Positions 18,924 to 28,394 of a stretch of 61,761 nt of DNA are shown one piece after another. The translations under genes and the position numbers were made by a program. Origin of the DNA: a virus (lineage: Duplodnaviria > Caudoviricetes); the IMG/VR virus record IMGVR_UViG_3300028581_000044, positions 1 to 61,761 of that record. One strand, 5' to 3'. Position 1 is the stretch's first letter. Each line of letters begins with the position of its first letter. The notes beneath the pieces are model-generated. The model had not been told where the DNA came from. It did not search any database and saw only the letters and a program-made list of their open reading frames with translations.

Positions 18924-19892
18924 TTAAATTGATTTTTTAATATGAATTAAATCTTCTGTATATGAATCCTTTTTGAAAAGATAACCTTTACCATCAGACT
19001 TTTTATCTACTTCTTGATTGAAAAAATAATAAACATTATCGTTATTTGAAAACGCAAAATAATCAACATCATCTGAATATGATTTTATCGCCCTTACAGA
19101 ACAATGAACTATTATTTTGTGATTTTCCATCCCCCATATCACACCATCATTTCTAATAGTTTTTATTTGCATTGTTTTCCCCGTAATATCCGGTGGATTT
19201 ATAAATATTAAATCTATACCTTTTTCGATATCTAATAAATCACCACTATCTGTTGTTACAAATTCATATTCTTTTGATTTTAAATCATTGATTACTTTTT
19301 CAACTGAACTTTTTCCCAAAGATTTTGTTATTATTATTTCTTTTATCATTTTTGGAAACAAATTTCCTTTTTGGTCAAATATTCCACTTGAATATTTTCT
19401 AAATAATTCTTTAATATGGTCTAAAAATTGAACTTTGGTGTTGTAACTAAAATTTATATCAATACCAATTTTTTGAAAATAATCTATCACTTGCCAAATA
19501 GCTTGTTCGTGTGATTCCAAAAAATTAATTAATGATCTTTCTTTTGGATCTAAATTCCCATAATATTTTTTATAATTTTCAACAATATCTATATTATCTA
19601 TCAGATTAAAATATTCAGTAAAATCCCAACCAGTTTTTTTAACACCCATACTTTTAAATTTATGAATAAAATCATGTTTACCAGTAATAATGATATATTT
19701 AAATAATTTCTTTAAATCATATGGTAATTTTACTGTATCAATCCATTTATCAGGATAATTATTTAAATAAAATTTTCGTAATTCAGATCTAATTATATTC
19801 ATTATGTGCCATTTTAAAGTGGCACGTTCACCATTATAAATGAATTTATATTTATCTCTATATATGGTTTCAAAATATTCTTTTGTTATCAT
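18924..19892 (-). CDS. hypothetical protein, possible PD-(D/E)XK nuclease
   Basis: D..KGIDLIF...TMQIKT motif. Confidence 0.45.
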   Translation of the reverse strand: MITKEYFETIYRDKYKFIYNGERATLKWHIMNIIRSELRKFYLNNYPDKWIDTVKLPYDLKKLFKYIIITGKHDFIHKFKSMGVKKTGWDFTEYFNLIDNIDIVENYKKYYGNLDPKERSLINFLESHEQAIWQVIDYFQKIGIDINFSYNTKVQFLDHIKELFRKYSSGIFDQKGNLFPKMIKEIIITKSLGKSSVEKVINDLKSKEYEFVTTDSGDLLDIEKGIDLIFINPPDITGKTMQIKTIRNDGVIWGMENHKIIVHCSVRAIKSYSDDVDYFAFSNNDNVYYFFNQEVDKKSDGKGYLFKKDSYTEDLIHIKKSI

Positions 19893-20296
19893 TTAACATT
19901 TATATGAGTTCTTCCATCTTTCCAATAACTTTCAGATCCATAATAAACTAAAATTTCTTCATCTTTTTTTATAAATCTTTTTGTTTTGAAAATGAATAAT
20001 CTGTTTTCTTCATCGGTGTACCAAAAAGCACTACTTTCAGTATTTGAATGATTATAAAGACAGGTAAAACCAAATGGGATAGCTTGTTCCTTCCATTTTG
20101 GCACATTAGCTGGAAAATTAAAACGATAATCAATAAATAGAGATGAAGATTCATATGGATCCATAGGTAAAGTTAAAAAAGGAGCTTCCTCAAGAATTTC
20201 ATCTTGTTCAATATCTTCTTTTGCAAAAACACCCCAGCCAGCGATGGGTGATCTTCTTATTTCTATTTTTGGATTGTGGTATAATATATCTTTCAT
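19889..20296 (-). CDS. SET-domain methyltransferase
   Basis: SPIAGWGVFAKEDI, YNHS, IKKDEEILVYYG. Confidence 0.88.
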   Translation of the reverse strand: MKDILYHNPKIEIRRSPIAGWGVFAKEDIEQDEILEEAPFLTLPMDPYESSSLFIDYRFNFPANVPKWKEQAIPFGFTCLYNHSNTESSAFWYTDEENRLFIFKTKRFIKKDEEILVYYGSESYWKDGRTHINVK

Positions 20297-21255
20297 TGTT
20301 TAAATAAAGGGTGATTTTTTAATAATTCTTCATATGTTTGTTTAATACCATCTTCTAATCCAATTTTAGGTTTCCAACCCAAATTCATTAATTTAGTAGA
20401 ATCCAAAAATTTTCTTGGTGTTCCATTCGGATATTGTGAGTTAAAATTTATCCTACCCGAAAAACCAACAACATCTTTAATGATATACGCTAATTCTTCG
20501 ATTGTAACTTCTTGACCACTACCAACATTTATTATTTCACTGGAATCATAATTATCCATTAAAAATAAAGCTGCGTCTGCCAAATCTGAAACGTGTAGAA
20601 ATTCTCTTTTTGGTGTGCCATCACCCCACAATTCAACTCTTGAATCTATTATTTTATTCCAGAATTTATCATTTTGTGCATCATGAAATTTTCTTAACAT
20701 TCCGGGTAAAACATGAGAATTTTTTAAATCATAATTGTCATTTATACTTCCGTAAAGATTGGTAGGCATTAATGAAATATAATTTGTACCATACTGGAAA
20801 TTGTATTTTTGACACATTATAATTCCGGCTATTTTGGAAATAGCATATCCATTATTTGTTTTTTCCAATTCAGAAGTTAATAAATATTCTTCCTTAATTG
20901 GTTGTTCACAATCCCTTGGATAAATGCAACTACTACCTAAAAATAATAATTTCTTAACACCCGATAAATAAGATGAATGAATTATATTTGTTTCAATAGT
21001 TAAATTACTATAAACAAATTCAGCTGGAAAAGTGGAATTTGCATAAATCCCACCTACTTTAGCAGCCGCTACAAAAACATATTCTGGTTTTATAAAATTA
21101 AAAAAATGTTCTACATCACTTTGTCTAGTTAAATCTAACTCTGAATGAGTCATTGTTATTATGTTTGTATAACCATCGTTTTTTAGTTTCTTGACTATTT
21201 CAGAACCAACTAATCCACGATGACCAGCAACATAAATTTTACTATCTTTATTCAC
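20293..21255 (-). CDS. fcl: GDP-L-fucose synthase
   Basis: VAGHRGLVGS, AAAKVGGI, GSSCIYP, YAISK, PTNLYG, REFLHVSD. Confidence 0.95.
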   Translation of the reverse strand: MNKDSKIYVAGHRGLVGSEIVKKLKNDGYTNIITMTHSELDLTRQSDVEHFFNFIKPEYVFVAAAKVGGIYANSTFPAEFVYSNLTIETNIIHSSYLSGVKKLLFLGSSCIYPRDCEQPIKEEYLLTSELEKTNNGYAISKIAGIIMCQKYNFQYGTNYISLMPTNLYGSINDNYDLKNSHVLPGMLRKFHDAQNDKFWNKIIDSRVELWGDGTPKREFLHVSDLADAALFLMDNYDSSEIINVGSGQEVTIEELAYIIKDVVGFSGRINFNSQYPNGTPRKFLDSTKLMNLGWKPKIGLEDGIKQTYEELLKNHPLFKQ

Positions 21256-21266
21256 ACATAAGGTTC

Positions 21267-21428
21267 TTATTTTTTAACCGATGTCTTGGCTTCGTTTACA
21301 AAAACACTATATGCAGAAAGTGATTTTAAAACTTCATTGTTTTTGTCTATGAGTTTTCTCATTTTAGATTTATTTTCAGGATTTTTCCTGAATCTTTTCT
21401 TAATTCTCTTCTTAATACTCTGTCCCAT
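21267..21428 (-). CDS. small basic protein (not in ORF track)
   Basis: MGQSIKKRIKKRFRKNPENKSKMRKLIDKNNEVLKSL...; fills an operon gap. Confidence 0.5.
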   Translation of the reverse strand: MGQSIKKRIKKRFRKNPENKSKMRKLIDKNNEVLKSLSAYSVFVNEAKTSVKK

Positions 21429-21437
21429 ATATTTATT

Positions 21438-21704
21438 TTATTTTTTAATACTTTCAAGATATTTTTTAACATCTTCAACTTTACACCACATACCATCACC
21501 GGGAAGTAAACAATTATTATGATCAGTACCACCCCAATTTCTTGATACCATTCCACCATAATTAGGTCTTGGATATCCCATTTGAACTAAATCATATGTT
21601 GGTATTGGAAACCAATCTGGATGTAATTTACCGTTATCTGAATATTCTTTAATAATATCGATTTCATCAGTATCGAGTTCTCTTGCAATATAATTATCTT
21701 CCAT
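21438..21704 (-). CDS. hypothetical protein
   Basis: Operon-packed ORF. Confidence 0.65.
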   Translation of the reverse strand: MEDNYIARELDTDEIDIIKEYSDNGKLHPDWFPIPTYDLVQMGYPRPNYGGMVSRNWGGTDHNNCLLPGDGMWCKVEDVKKYLESIKK

Positions 21705-21705
21705 T

Positions 21706-21906
21706 TTATTTTATTTTTTCTTTAAAGTCAGAACAGTCTGACCAAATATCAATTGATTCGTTTATATTTTCATCCGTCATTTCACCAAAATCAGATTCGT
21801 CAAATTCCCAATGTTCTTTTTCACAATAATGAAAAGAAATATCATCCAATTTTTTAATGATTCCACCATCATGAAATTTCATATGTTCACAATCATCACA
21901 TTTCAT
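21706..21906 (-). CDS. small Cys-rich hypothetical protein
   Basis: CDDC..C..C. Confidence 0.6.
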   Translation of the reverse strand: MKCDDCEHMKFHDGGIIKKLDDISFHYCEKEHWEFDESDFGEMTDENINESIDIWSDCSDFKEKIK

Positions 21907-22244
21907 ATATTACCTATAATTTTTAGTTCATCTTGTAATCTTTGACATTCCAATGATATATTTATAAATTCATCCCAGTCAAAATCTGGACCAACACTAT
22001 CTAATTTAGAATGTAATAACATTAATAATGTTTTTGTTTCGTTTAATATCATTTTATTGTCTCTTTCTATAAGATATTTATGCCAAAGTTTAAAATCATC
22101 ACCATTTTGAAAACTTTCAATAATAGTCATATTTTCTAATTGGTATCTTTCTGGTAATTTGTGTAATCTTAAAAACCAATTTACAAAATCAATAACTTTA
22201 TTATTTGACCAACGATAATTAATCACCTTTTTCATAATATTCAA
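21903..22244 (-). CDS. hypothetical protein
   Basis: Operon-packed ORF. Confidence 0.6.
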   Translation of the reverse strand: MNIMKKVINYRWSNNKVIDFVNWFLRLHKLPERYQLENMTIIESFQNGDDFKLWHKYLIERDNKMILNETKTLLMLLHSKLDSVGPDFDWDEFINISLECQRLQDELKIIGNI

Positions 22245-22620
22245 TTTGTTTCAATTCTTTATCTAGATCCTTTTTAAAATGTTTTATCAAAAAATTCATT
22301 TCTTCCTCTTTCAATTCATATCGTTTAGCTATTTTATCATAACTTTTTTCTTTCTTCACCTTTTCGGTATCTTTCTTACTCTTTGTTTTCCAATACCAAC
22401 CCGGAATACCTTGTTGACTTTTGAAATAAACAAACCATTGATCAACAGCGGACGCTTTGTCAATTGATTTATCATTTAAAAATTGAGCTATTTTTGGATA
22501 CTTCAAACCAAATTTCCTATTTATAATGAAAAAGGAATTTATTTTATCTTCATCTGTTAATTCAGAATACTTGTCTTTATTGACGAAAATACAATCTACA
22601 ACTGTAATAAAATTTGCCAT
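22219..22620 (-). CDS. hypothetical protein
   Basis: First ORF after an AAAC-N-TATAA motif. Confidence 0.65.
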   Translation of the reverse strand: MANFITVVDCIFVNKDKYSELTDEDKINSFFIINRKFGLKYPKIAQFLNDKSIDKASAVDQWFVYFKSQQGIPGWYWKTKSKKDTEKVKKEKSYDKIAKRYELKEEEMNFLIKHFKKDLDKELKQIEYYEKGD

Positions 22621-22658
22621 AACTATTTTATATAAATAACTATAAAATGTTTAATAAA

Positions 22659-22700
22659 ATTTCTTGTGAAAAACACTTATTTCTTGTGAAAAACACTTAT
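22659..22700. repeat. 20-bp perfect tandem duplication
   Basis: ATTTCTTGTGAAAAACACTT x2. Confidence 0.9.
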
Positions 22701-22706
22701 TATTTA

Positions 22707-23555
22707 TCAAATTATATCTTTATCTAATATATTATGATGGGTTCCCCCTTTATTAAATTTAACAGTATAAATATATTCTGAACCATATGCCCAATGTTCT
22801 TCCGGTTTATAATTCAACCTTTTAATTGTTTCTTGAACTGATTTTTTATTTAAAATCTTACCAGTTGTTCCTTTTGGAACTTCTATTACATCTATTCTTT
22901 TCCATTCACCAGTATTCGAATCAACTTCTAATGTTTTCCCCATAATATCCCTACTTGATTTAACTTTGGAACCTATTTCTTTTTCACCCGATAAACTATC
23001 ATCCACCATATATATTTTAGATGGATCAAAAACAACAATCTGATCACCATCTAAAGACGGTCCATACATCGTTTTATCTTTAAACCAAATTGCGTCATAT
23101 TTGGATTTTAAAAAATTTGTCATCTTTTTAGTTGCTTTAGTTCTATCTGATTTTCCTAATTCACCATTATAACCATTTTCCAACCACCATTTCATCATAT
23201 TTTTCTTAGAACTAAATCTTATTTCATGAATGTTTGAAACATCAAGATAAAATTCTTTTAGATTCTTTTCTGTTCCAAAATTGAATCTTTTTGCGATAGA
23301 TCTAACCGTTGTAAAATAAATACCATATCCTAAATGATGTAAAGGTGGGTAATATCCGGAATCATAAATATTTGATAAATACGTGTTTGATGGGTTTTCG
23401 TAAAATATTTTAAATCCTTGTGTAAAAATATTTTCCCAATTATGAGGTCTTGTTCCGTGATAAACTGGACCAAACATATTTTTATCTATTGCTTCTTGTT
23501 TGGATATTCTTTTCAATCCAGACTTACCCTCAAATATTTGAAAATTAGTTATCAT
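22707..23555 (-). CDS. putative ADP-ribosyltransferase-fold protein (H-Y-Q type)
   Basis: VYHGT...GYGIYFT...YDAIWF...DQIVVFDP; N-terminus MITNFQIFEG. Confidence 0.65.
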   Translation of the reverse strand: MITNFQIFEGKSGLKRISKQEAIDKNMFGPVYHGTRPHNWENIFTQGFKIFYENPSNTYLSNIYDSGYYPPLHHLGYGIYFTTVRSIAKRFNFGTEKNLKEFYLDVSNIHEIRFSSKKNMMKWWLENGYNGELGKSDRTKATKKMTNFLKSKYDAIWFKDKTMYGPSLDGDQIVVFDPSKIYMVDDSLSGEKEIGSKVKSSRDIMGKTLEVDSNTGEWKRIDVIEVPKGTTGKILNKKSVQETIKRLNYKPEEHWAYGSEYIYTVKFNKGGTHHNILDKDII

Positions 23556-23923
23556 CAGTTTATTATAAATTCTAAATTATATCCTTTGATTATAAAATCC
23601 AATACCAAAATATCCTGAACTTTTCCTTCATAGATATTTATAAACATTTGATAACCGATTGTTTCTAATTCTGGAATATAATATGATATTTGTTTTGAAA
23701 TTAAGTTTCTTAAATCATTAGCTGGAACTTGGGTTTGCCAAAGATAATATTCCAAATCTGCACCGAAACCAATGTCACCAAATAATTCCCCTGTTCTTGT
23801 AAACAATAACATCTCTAATTTTTGAACAATGACTTCAATTGTATCATCCTGTATCATTTTATATGGTACATATCTGGAATGACCGGGATATCTAATGTAT
23901 AAATCTTTAAAATCTGTATCCAC
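23555..23923 (-). CDS. gp25-like baseplate wedge protein
   Basis: LLFTRTGE..GDIGFGADLEYYLW..QISYYIP. Confidence 0.75.
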   Translation of the reverse strand: MDTDFKDLYIRYPGHSRYVPYKMIQDDTIEVIVQKLEMLLFTRTGELFGDIGFGADLEYYLWQTQVPANDLRNLISKQISYYIPELETIGYQMFINIYEGKVQDILVLDFIIKGYNLEFIIN

Positions 23924-23969
23924 TTTGGTTTGACTTTTCTTTATATATATTAAAAAAGATGATCTCGAA

Positions 23970-24236
23970 ATGATAAGTGTATCGGTTATTGATTATATAG
24001 GTAAAATTAACGATGGTGTTGCAATTTTACTATCCTTAAATATTGAAGATAAGATATTTGAAATGATATTCTGGTTGAATCCTGAAATGAATTACACCTT
24101 GACAGTTCAAGATGGTTTACTTCATTTTCTTAAATTAGAAAATATAGAAGATTATCCATATCTGGAACAATTAATGGAAATGATATTTAAAAAATTACCT
24201 GATATTCAAGAAATATTTAAAAAATTTGAAGTGTAA
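23970..24236 (+). CDS. hypothetical protein
   Basis: ORF after a divergent TATATATA motif. Confidence 0.65.
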   Translation: MISVSVIDYIGKINDGVAILLSLNIEDKIFEMIFWLNPEMNYTLTVQDGLLHFLKLENIEDYPYLEQLMEMIFKKLPDIQEIFKKFEV

Positions 24237-24253
24237 TTTAATTGTTAAAAACC

Positions 24254-24616
24254 CTATGATAATACTTTTTCAAAATTTTCAAATTTCGTAATGATATGTT
24301 CAAATAAATTCAATTGTTTTGGCTTATTTAGTATAACTGGAATTTTGGTGTTTTCTATTTCTTCTTTATCCTGAAGATAACTAATATGTTTTGTAAGATA
24401 TTTAGTCAAATCAATTTCTAAAACTCTTGTTTTACCATAAGCCATTGTAAATTTTGGTTTTCTTGTTCCTTTTTTTAAATAAACTTTGTATCCAAAAGGA
24501 ATTTGAATATAACCCCAGCCTGTCCATTCAATAAAAGACAAAGTACCATCATCATTTCTTCGATACTTCATATCATCAATTTTTAATTTGAAATATTTAA
24601 CTTTATCAATTTTCAT
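24254..24616 (-). CDS. hypothetical protein
   Basis: ORF; C-terminal HIITKFENFE resembles the CTS-like motif. Confidence 0.6.
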   Translation of the reverse strand: MKIDKVKYFKLKIDDMKYRRNDDGTLSFIEWTGWGYIQIPFGYKVYLKKGTRKPKFTMAYGKTRVLEIDLTKYLTKHISYLQDKEEIENTKIPVILNKPKQLNLFEHIITKFENFEKVLS

Positions 24617-24693
24617 CTTGAAAGTATATATAAAAAATCATTTTCTAAAAATATAGTATCTTTTTCGAATCAAAAATATTAATATATAATTAT

Positions 24694-25602
24694 ATGAAAA
24701 GAAAACCACTTGAATACTGGACTAAGGAAAGATGTAAAGAAGAAGCTTTAAAATACACAACAAAAAAAGAATTTAGAGAAAATAATCGAACAATATATAA
24801 TGCTTCTTATTATTATAAATGGCTTGATGAAATATGTAGTCACATGATTTCTTTTTCGAAACCAAAGGGATACTGGACTAAGCAAAGATGTAAAGAAGAA
24901 GCTTTAAAATATACAACCAGAAAAGAATTTGAAGAAAAATCACCATCAGCTTGTGGTAAAGCCAGAGACTTAAAATTTATGAATGAAATTTGTTCCCACA
25001 TGATAATAGTTGGAAATATCGTAAAACGATGTATATATTCCTATGAATTTCCAGATAACCATGTTTATATAGGGTTAACATATAATATAGAAAAAAGAAA
25101 TAATAGAAGAAAAAAAGATAAAAAAGATGCTGTAACAGTACATATAATAAAAACTGGTTTACAACCAATAAAAAAACAATTAACCGAATATATTAATATA
25201 GAAGAAGCAAAAATTAAAGAAGGTGAATATGTAGAAAAATATAAAAACGAAAAGTGGATTATTCTAAATAGATTTAAAACTGGTGGTTTGGGTGGTAATA
25301 TATTAAAATGGACAAAAGAAAAATGTCGTGAAGAATCTTTAAAATATAAAAGTAGAAGTGAATTTCAAAAAAATAGTTTAGCTTATTCACCTTGTTATGA
25401 TCATAAATGGTTAGATGAAGTATGTTCTCATATGTTTCAAAAGAAAAAACCAAATGGATATTGGACTAAGGAAAAATGTAAAGAAGAAGCTTTAAAATAC
25501 ACAACAAAATCACAATTTAAAAAAACTGAAACATGTGCATATAGAACATCTAGATTAAATGGTTGGTTAAATGAAATATGTTTACATATGATTAAAAATT
25601 AA
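24694..25602 (+). CDS. GIY-YIG homing endonuclease with four WTKEKC repeats (paralog of 9374)
   Basis: CIYSYEFPDNHVYIGLTYN; AKIKEGEYV shared with 9374..10747. Confidence 0.8.
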   Translation: MKRKPLEYWTKERCKEEALKYTTKKEFRENNRTIYNASYYYKWLDEICSHMISFSKPKGYWTKQRCKEEALKYTTRKEFEEKSPSACGKARDLKFMNEICSHMIIVGNIVKRCIYSYEFPDNHVYIGLTYNIEKRNNRRKKDKKDAVTVHIIKTGLQPIKKQLTEYINIEEAKIKEGEYVEKYKNEKWIILNRFKTGGLGGNILKWTKEKCREESLKYKSRSEFQKNSLAYSPCYDHKWLDEVCSHMFQKKKPNGYWTKEKCKEEALKYTTKSQFKKTETCAYRTSRLNGWLNEICLHMIKN

Positions 25603-25609
25603 TTAATAA

Positions 25610-26641
25610 TTAATATTCTATTGATTTTCCTTTTTCAAAATTTGTCAATATATATTTACCGTTTTCATTTCTATTAACATAATCTAATCTTAACGGAATT
25701 TTACCAATCTCTGTATCAATAATACATTCTGGAAAACCACTTGTAAATCCAATAGATTTCTTCATAATATCAATCATCACATCTAGATCACATCTAAAAT
25801 GTGAACCACCATTTATTTTATCCATTTGATAGAGATAATATGGTTTTACACGAATTTTCAATAACTCGTGAAATAATTTTTGAAGAACTTCAGCATTATC
25901 ATTAATACCTTTCAATAATACCGTTTGACTCCCAAGAACCAATCCGGAATCAGCCAGTTTATTACAAGCGTCTTTACATTCTTGTGTAATTTCAGAAAAA
26001 TGTGTAAAATGTATATTTACATAAATAGGGCTATATTTTTTCAACATATTACACAATTCTGTTGTTATCCTCATTGGAAGTACAACCGGAAATTTAGTTC
26101 CAATACGAATTATTTCAATATGTTTTATTGATCTGAGTTTTTGTAAAATCCATTCCAAATTTCTATCACTCATTATGAAAGGATCTCCACCGGATACTAT
26201 AACATCACGAATTTCTGTATGATTTTTGATATATTCAATACCATCATCAATATCTTGTTTACTAAAATTTTCATGTCCACCAACAACTCTAGATCTGGTA
26301 CAATAACGACAATATGTTGAACATGAATTTGTCGCTAGAAATAAACAACGATCTAAATACTTGTGGATAACACAACCATGTTTATACTTATCTTCTTCCA
26401 AAGGATCATCATTTTCTTCATCCGAAATTTCAAATTCATTTATTGTGGGAACTACCGTCCTTCTTAAAATAGGATACTTTTTGATCAATCCCAAATAATA
26501 CGGAGTAATTCTTAAAGGGAGGTTATTTATATTGTCAACTTTTTCATTTTCTAACAGATTTAACTCTTTTTTTAAATCTTCTAAATTTCTAACGGAATTG
26601 GAGAGTTGCCACCTCCAATTGTCCCAATCATCTGTTTTCAT
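25610..26641 (-). CDS. kamA: KamA-family radical SAM aminomutase
   Basis: WRWQL, ITPYY, CSTYCRYCTR, SGGDP, QTVLLKGIND, PYYLYQ, GKIP. Confidence 0.85.
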   Translation of the reverse strand: MKTDDWDNWRWQLSNSVRNLEDLKKELNLLENEKVDNINNLPLRITPYYLGLIKKYPILRRTVVPTINEFEISDEENDDPLEEDKYKHGCVIHKYLDRCLFLATNSCSTYCRYCTRSRVVGGHENFSKQDIDDGIEYIKNHTEIRDVIVSGGDPFIMSDRNLEWILQKLRSIKHIEIIRIGTKFPVVLPMRITTELCNMLKKYSPIYVNIHFTHFSEITQECKDACNKLADSGLVLGSQTVLLKGINDNAEVLQKLFHELLKIRVKPYYLYQMDKINGGSHFRCDLDVMIDIMKKSIGFTSGFPECIIDTEIGKIPLRLDYVNRNENGKYILTNFEKGKSIEY

Positions 26642-26829
26642 AGTTACCTTATTATCAATAATTTAAAGGTTAAATTTTTATTATTTTTTTCGTTTTGTAA
26701 ACGTCAGCGGATATATATTTGATATAAAAACGCTATTTTTGACACTTTTTAATGCAAACCATTGATACCATTGTTTTTACATTAAAAAACAATTTTAATT
26801 TTTTTCAACTTTTTTGTATATTGAAATAA

Positions 26830-27297
26830 TTAATCTTTGTTTAACTTTTTTTGGATAAATTTACCGAAATTTTCAACATGTTCTTTCACTAAATTTCTTC
26901 TATCTTTTTCAGCACCTATTTTGGACATTTCCAATGAATGTAAAGTTTGTTCTACAAACTCTTCAAAAGTATATTCTTTTGAATCTAGTGTTTCGAAATC
27001 TCTTTTTAAATCAGATAATTTAATCAATAAGTCTTTAAAATTGTTTCCCTTTTTGAAAAACTTAACTAAAAGAGGTTTGTAACTATTTATATTTTTAATA
27101 TCAACATCATATTGTTGTTCTATAATTTCTATATTTTCATCAATAATATCTCTAATCTTTTCCCTTATTCTTCTTTCTATATCTGATTTTCTGCTTCTTT
27201 CAACCACATTTTCCTCGTAACCAACTCTTTTTATCTTTTGTTCGTTAACGATAATTTTGATTTTATTATCACCATCCCCCACAAATAAATTTTCCAT
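26830..27297 (-). CDS. hypothetical protein
   Basis: ORF after a TATATA motif. Confidence 0.65.
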   Translation of the reverse strand: MENLFVGDGDNKIKIIVNEQKIKRVGYEENVVERSRKSDIERRIREKIRDIIDENIEIIEQQYDVDIKNINSYKPLLVKFFKKGNNFKDLLIKLSDLKRDFETLDSKEYTFEEFVEQTLHSLEMSKIGAEKDRRNLVKEHVENFGKFIQKKLNKD

Positions 27298-27344
27298 AAT
27301 AGAATACTTTTTTCAATATATATAATTTTCCATTTTTAAAAAAA

Positions 27345-28163
27345 TTATAACAGAAAAACTTTTTCATTTTGTGTATGTTTTTTCCTATTCGTTCCTCTTT
27401 TTGTGATACACAAATTATCAATATTTCCTATTATTTCAGGTGATATTTTATTTATAAAACCATAGTATATTGATATTTTATGATCAATTGATGGGTGTTT
27501 AGTGTTATACCATTTAAGATTAAAATTTTCTTTGATATATTCATTATCATAATAATCAAATCCATTCCAATTTTGAAAAAGTTGTTTTTTATTTTTTCGA
27601 GTAATACTTGTAACTTTCTTTTTATAAAAATCCCATTCTGTTAATTTATCATCTGGTATTTGTTTTCCATTTTTTATTCTTGTTATTTTTGATTTTTTTT
27701 GTATTATATCAATATTTTTTTGAAATTGAAACACATTTTCAACACCATATCTATCAACACAAGTTTTTCTTAATTTATTTTTTATTTTTTCATTTTTCAA
27801 TGGATGATCAACACCATAATTTTTTAATAATGTTTCTTTGTTTTTTTCTTTTATATTTTCTAATTGAAAAACATTATCCACATTATATCTTAAATTATTG
27901 GTTATTTTTGTTTTTTCGAATCTACATCCACTACAAGCATAAAAACCAGAATTGTATATTCTATCAATGTAATTTCTATATTGCATAACTTTTTCTTTTC
28001 CACAAATATCACATATACAAATAATTTCCATATGTGAAGTTGATGGCAAATCGTTCACTTTAATAATTAATTCCTTTCCTTTTTTAACATTATAACCCAA
28101 ATCTTTATAATAATTGAAATTATGTGTTATTTGTTTTATTATCACAAATTCATTTTTTATCAT
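27345..28163 (-). CDS. putative HNH homing endonuclease with Zn-finger and K-T-xx-YGV repeats
   Basis: CDICG..CSGC; PSIDHKISI...NLCITKRGTNRKK. Confidence 0.7.
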   Translation of the reverse strand: MIKNEFVIIKQITHNFNYYKDLGYNVKKGKELIIKVNDLPSTSHMEIICICDICGKEKVMQYRNYIDRIYNSGFYACSGCRFEKTKITNNLRYNVDNVFQLENIKEKNKETLLKNYGVDHPLKNEKIKNKLRKTCVDRYGVENVFQFQKNIDIIQKKSKITRIKNGKQIPDDKLTEWDFYKKKVTSITRKNKKQLFQNWNGFDYYDNEYIKENFNLKWYNTKHPSIDHKISIYYGFINKISPEIIGNIDNLCITKRGTNRKKHTQNEKVFLL

Positions 28164-28296
28164 TTTTATTATTCATTTTTAAATAATCAAATATAATATT
28201 TTCAACGAAAATATTCATTTTCAACATCTTATTGTTACAATAATTTTTCAATTCGTTATGTAATTTTTCATTAATTTTTAATGTTTTTGTTTTCAT
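28150..28296 (-). CDS. small ribbon-helix-helix-like protein (not in ORF track)
   Basis: MKTKTLKINEKLHNELKNYCNNKMLKMNIFVENIIFDYL...; overlaps the HNH start. Confidence 0.65.
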   Translation of the reverse strand: MKTKTLKINEKLHNELKNYCNNKMLKMNIFVENIIFDYLKMNNKNDKK

Positions 28297-28394
28297 AATA
28301 ATTTTTATAAGTATATATTAAAAAACAAAAGGGTATTTTTTTCCACTTTTTTCTACTTTTAAAAACAAAACATTTTATTAAATATATAACGGTT

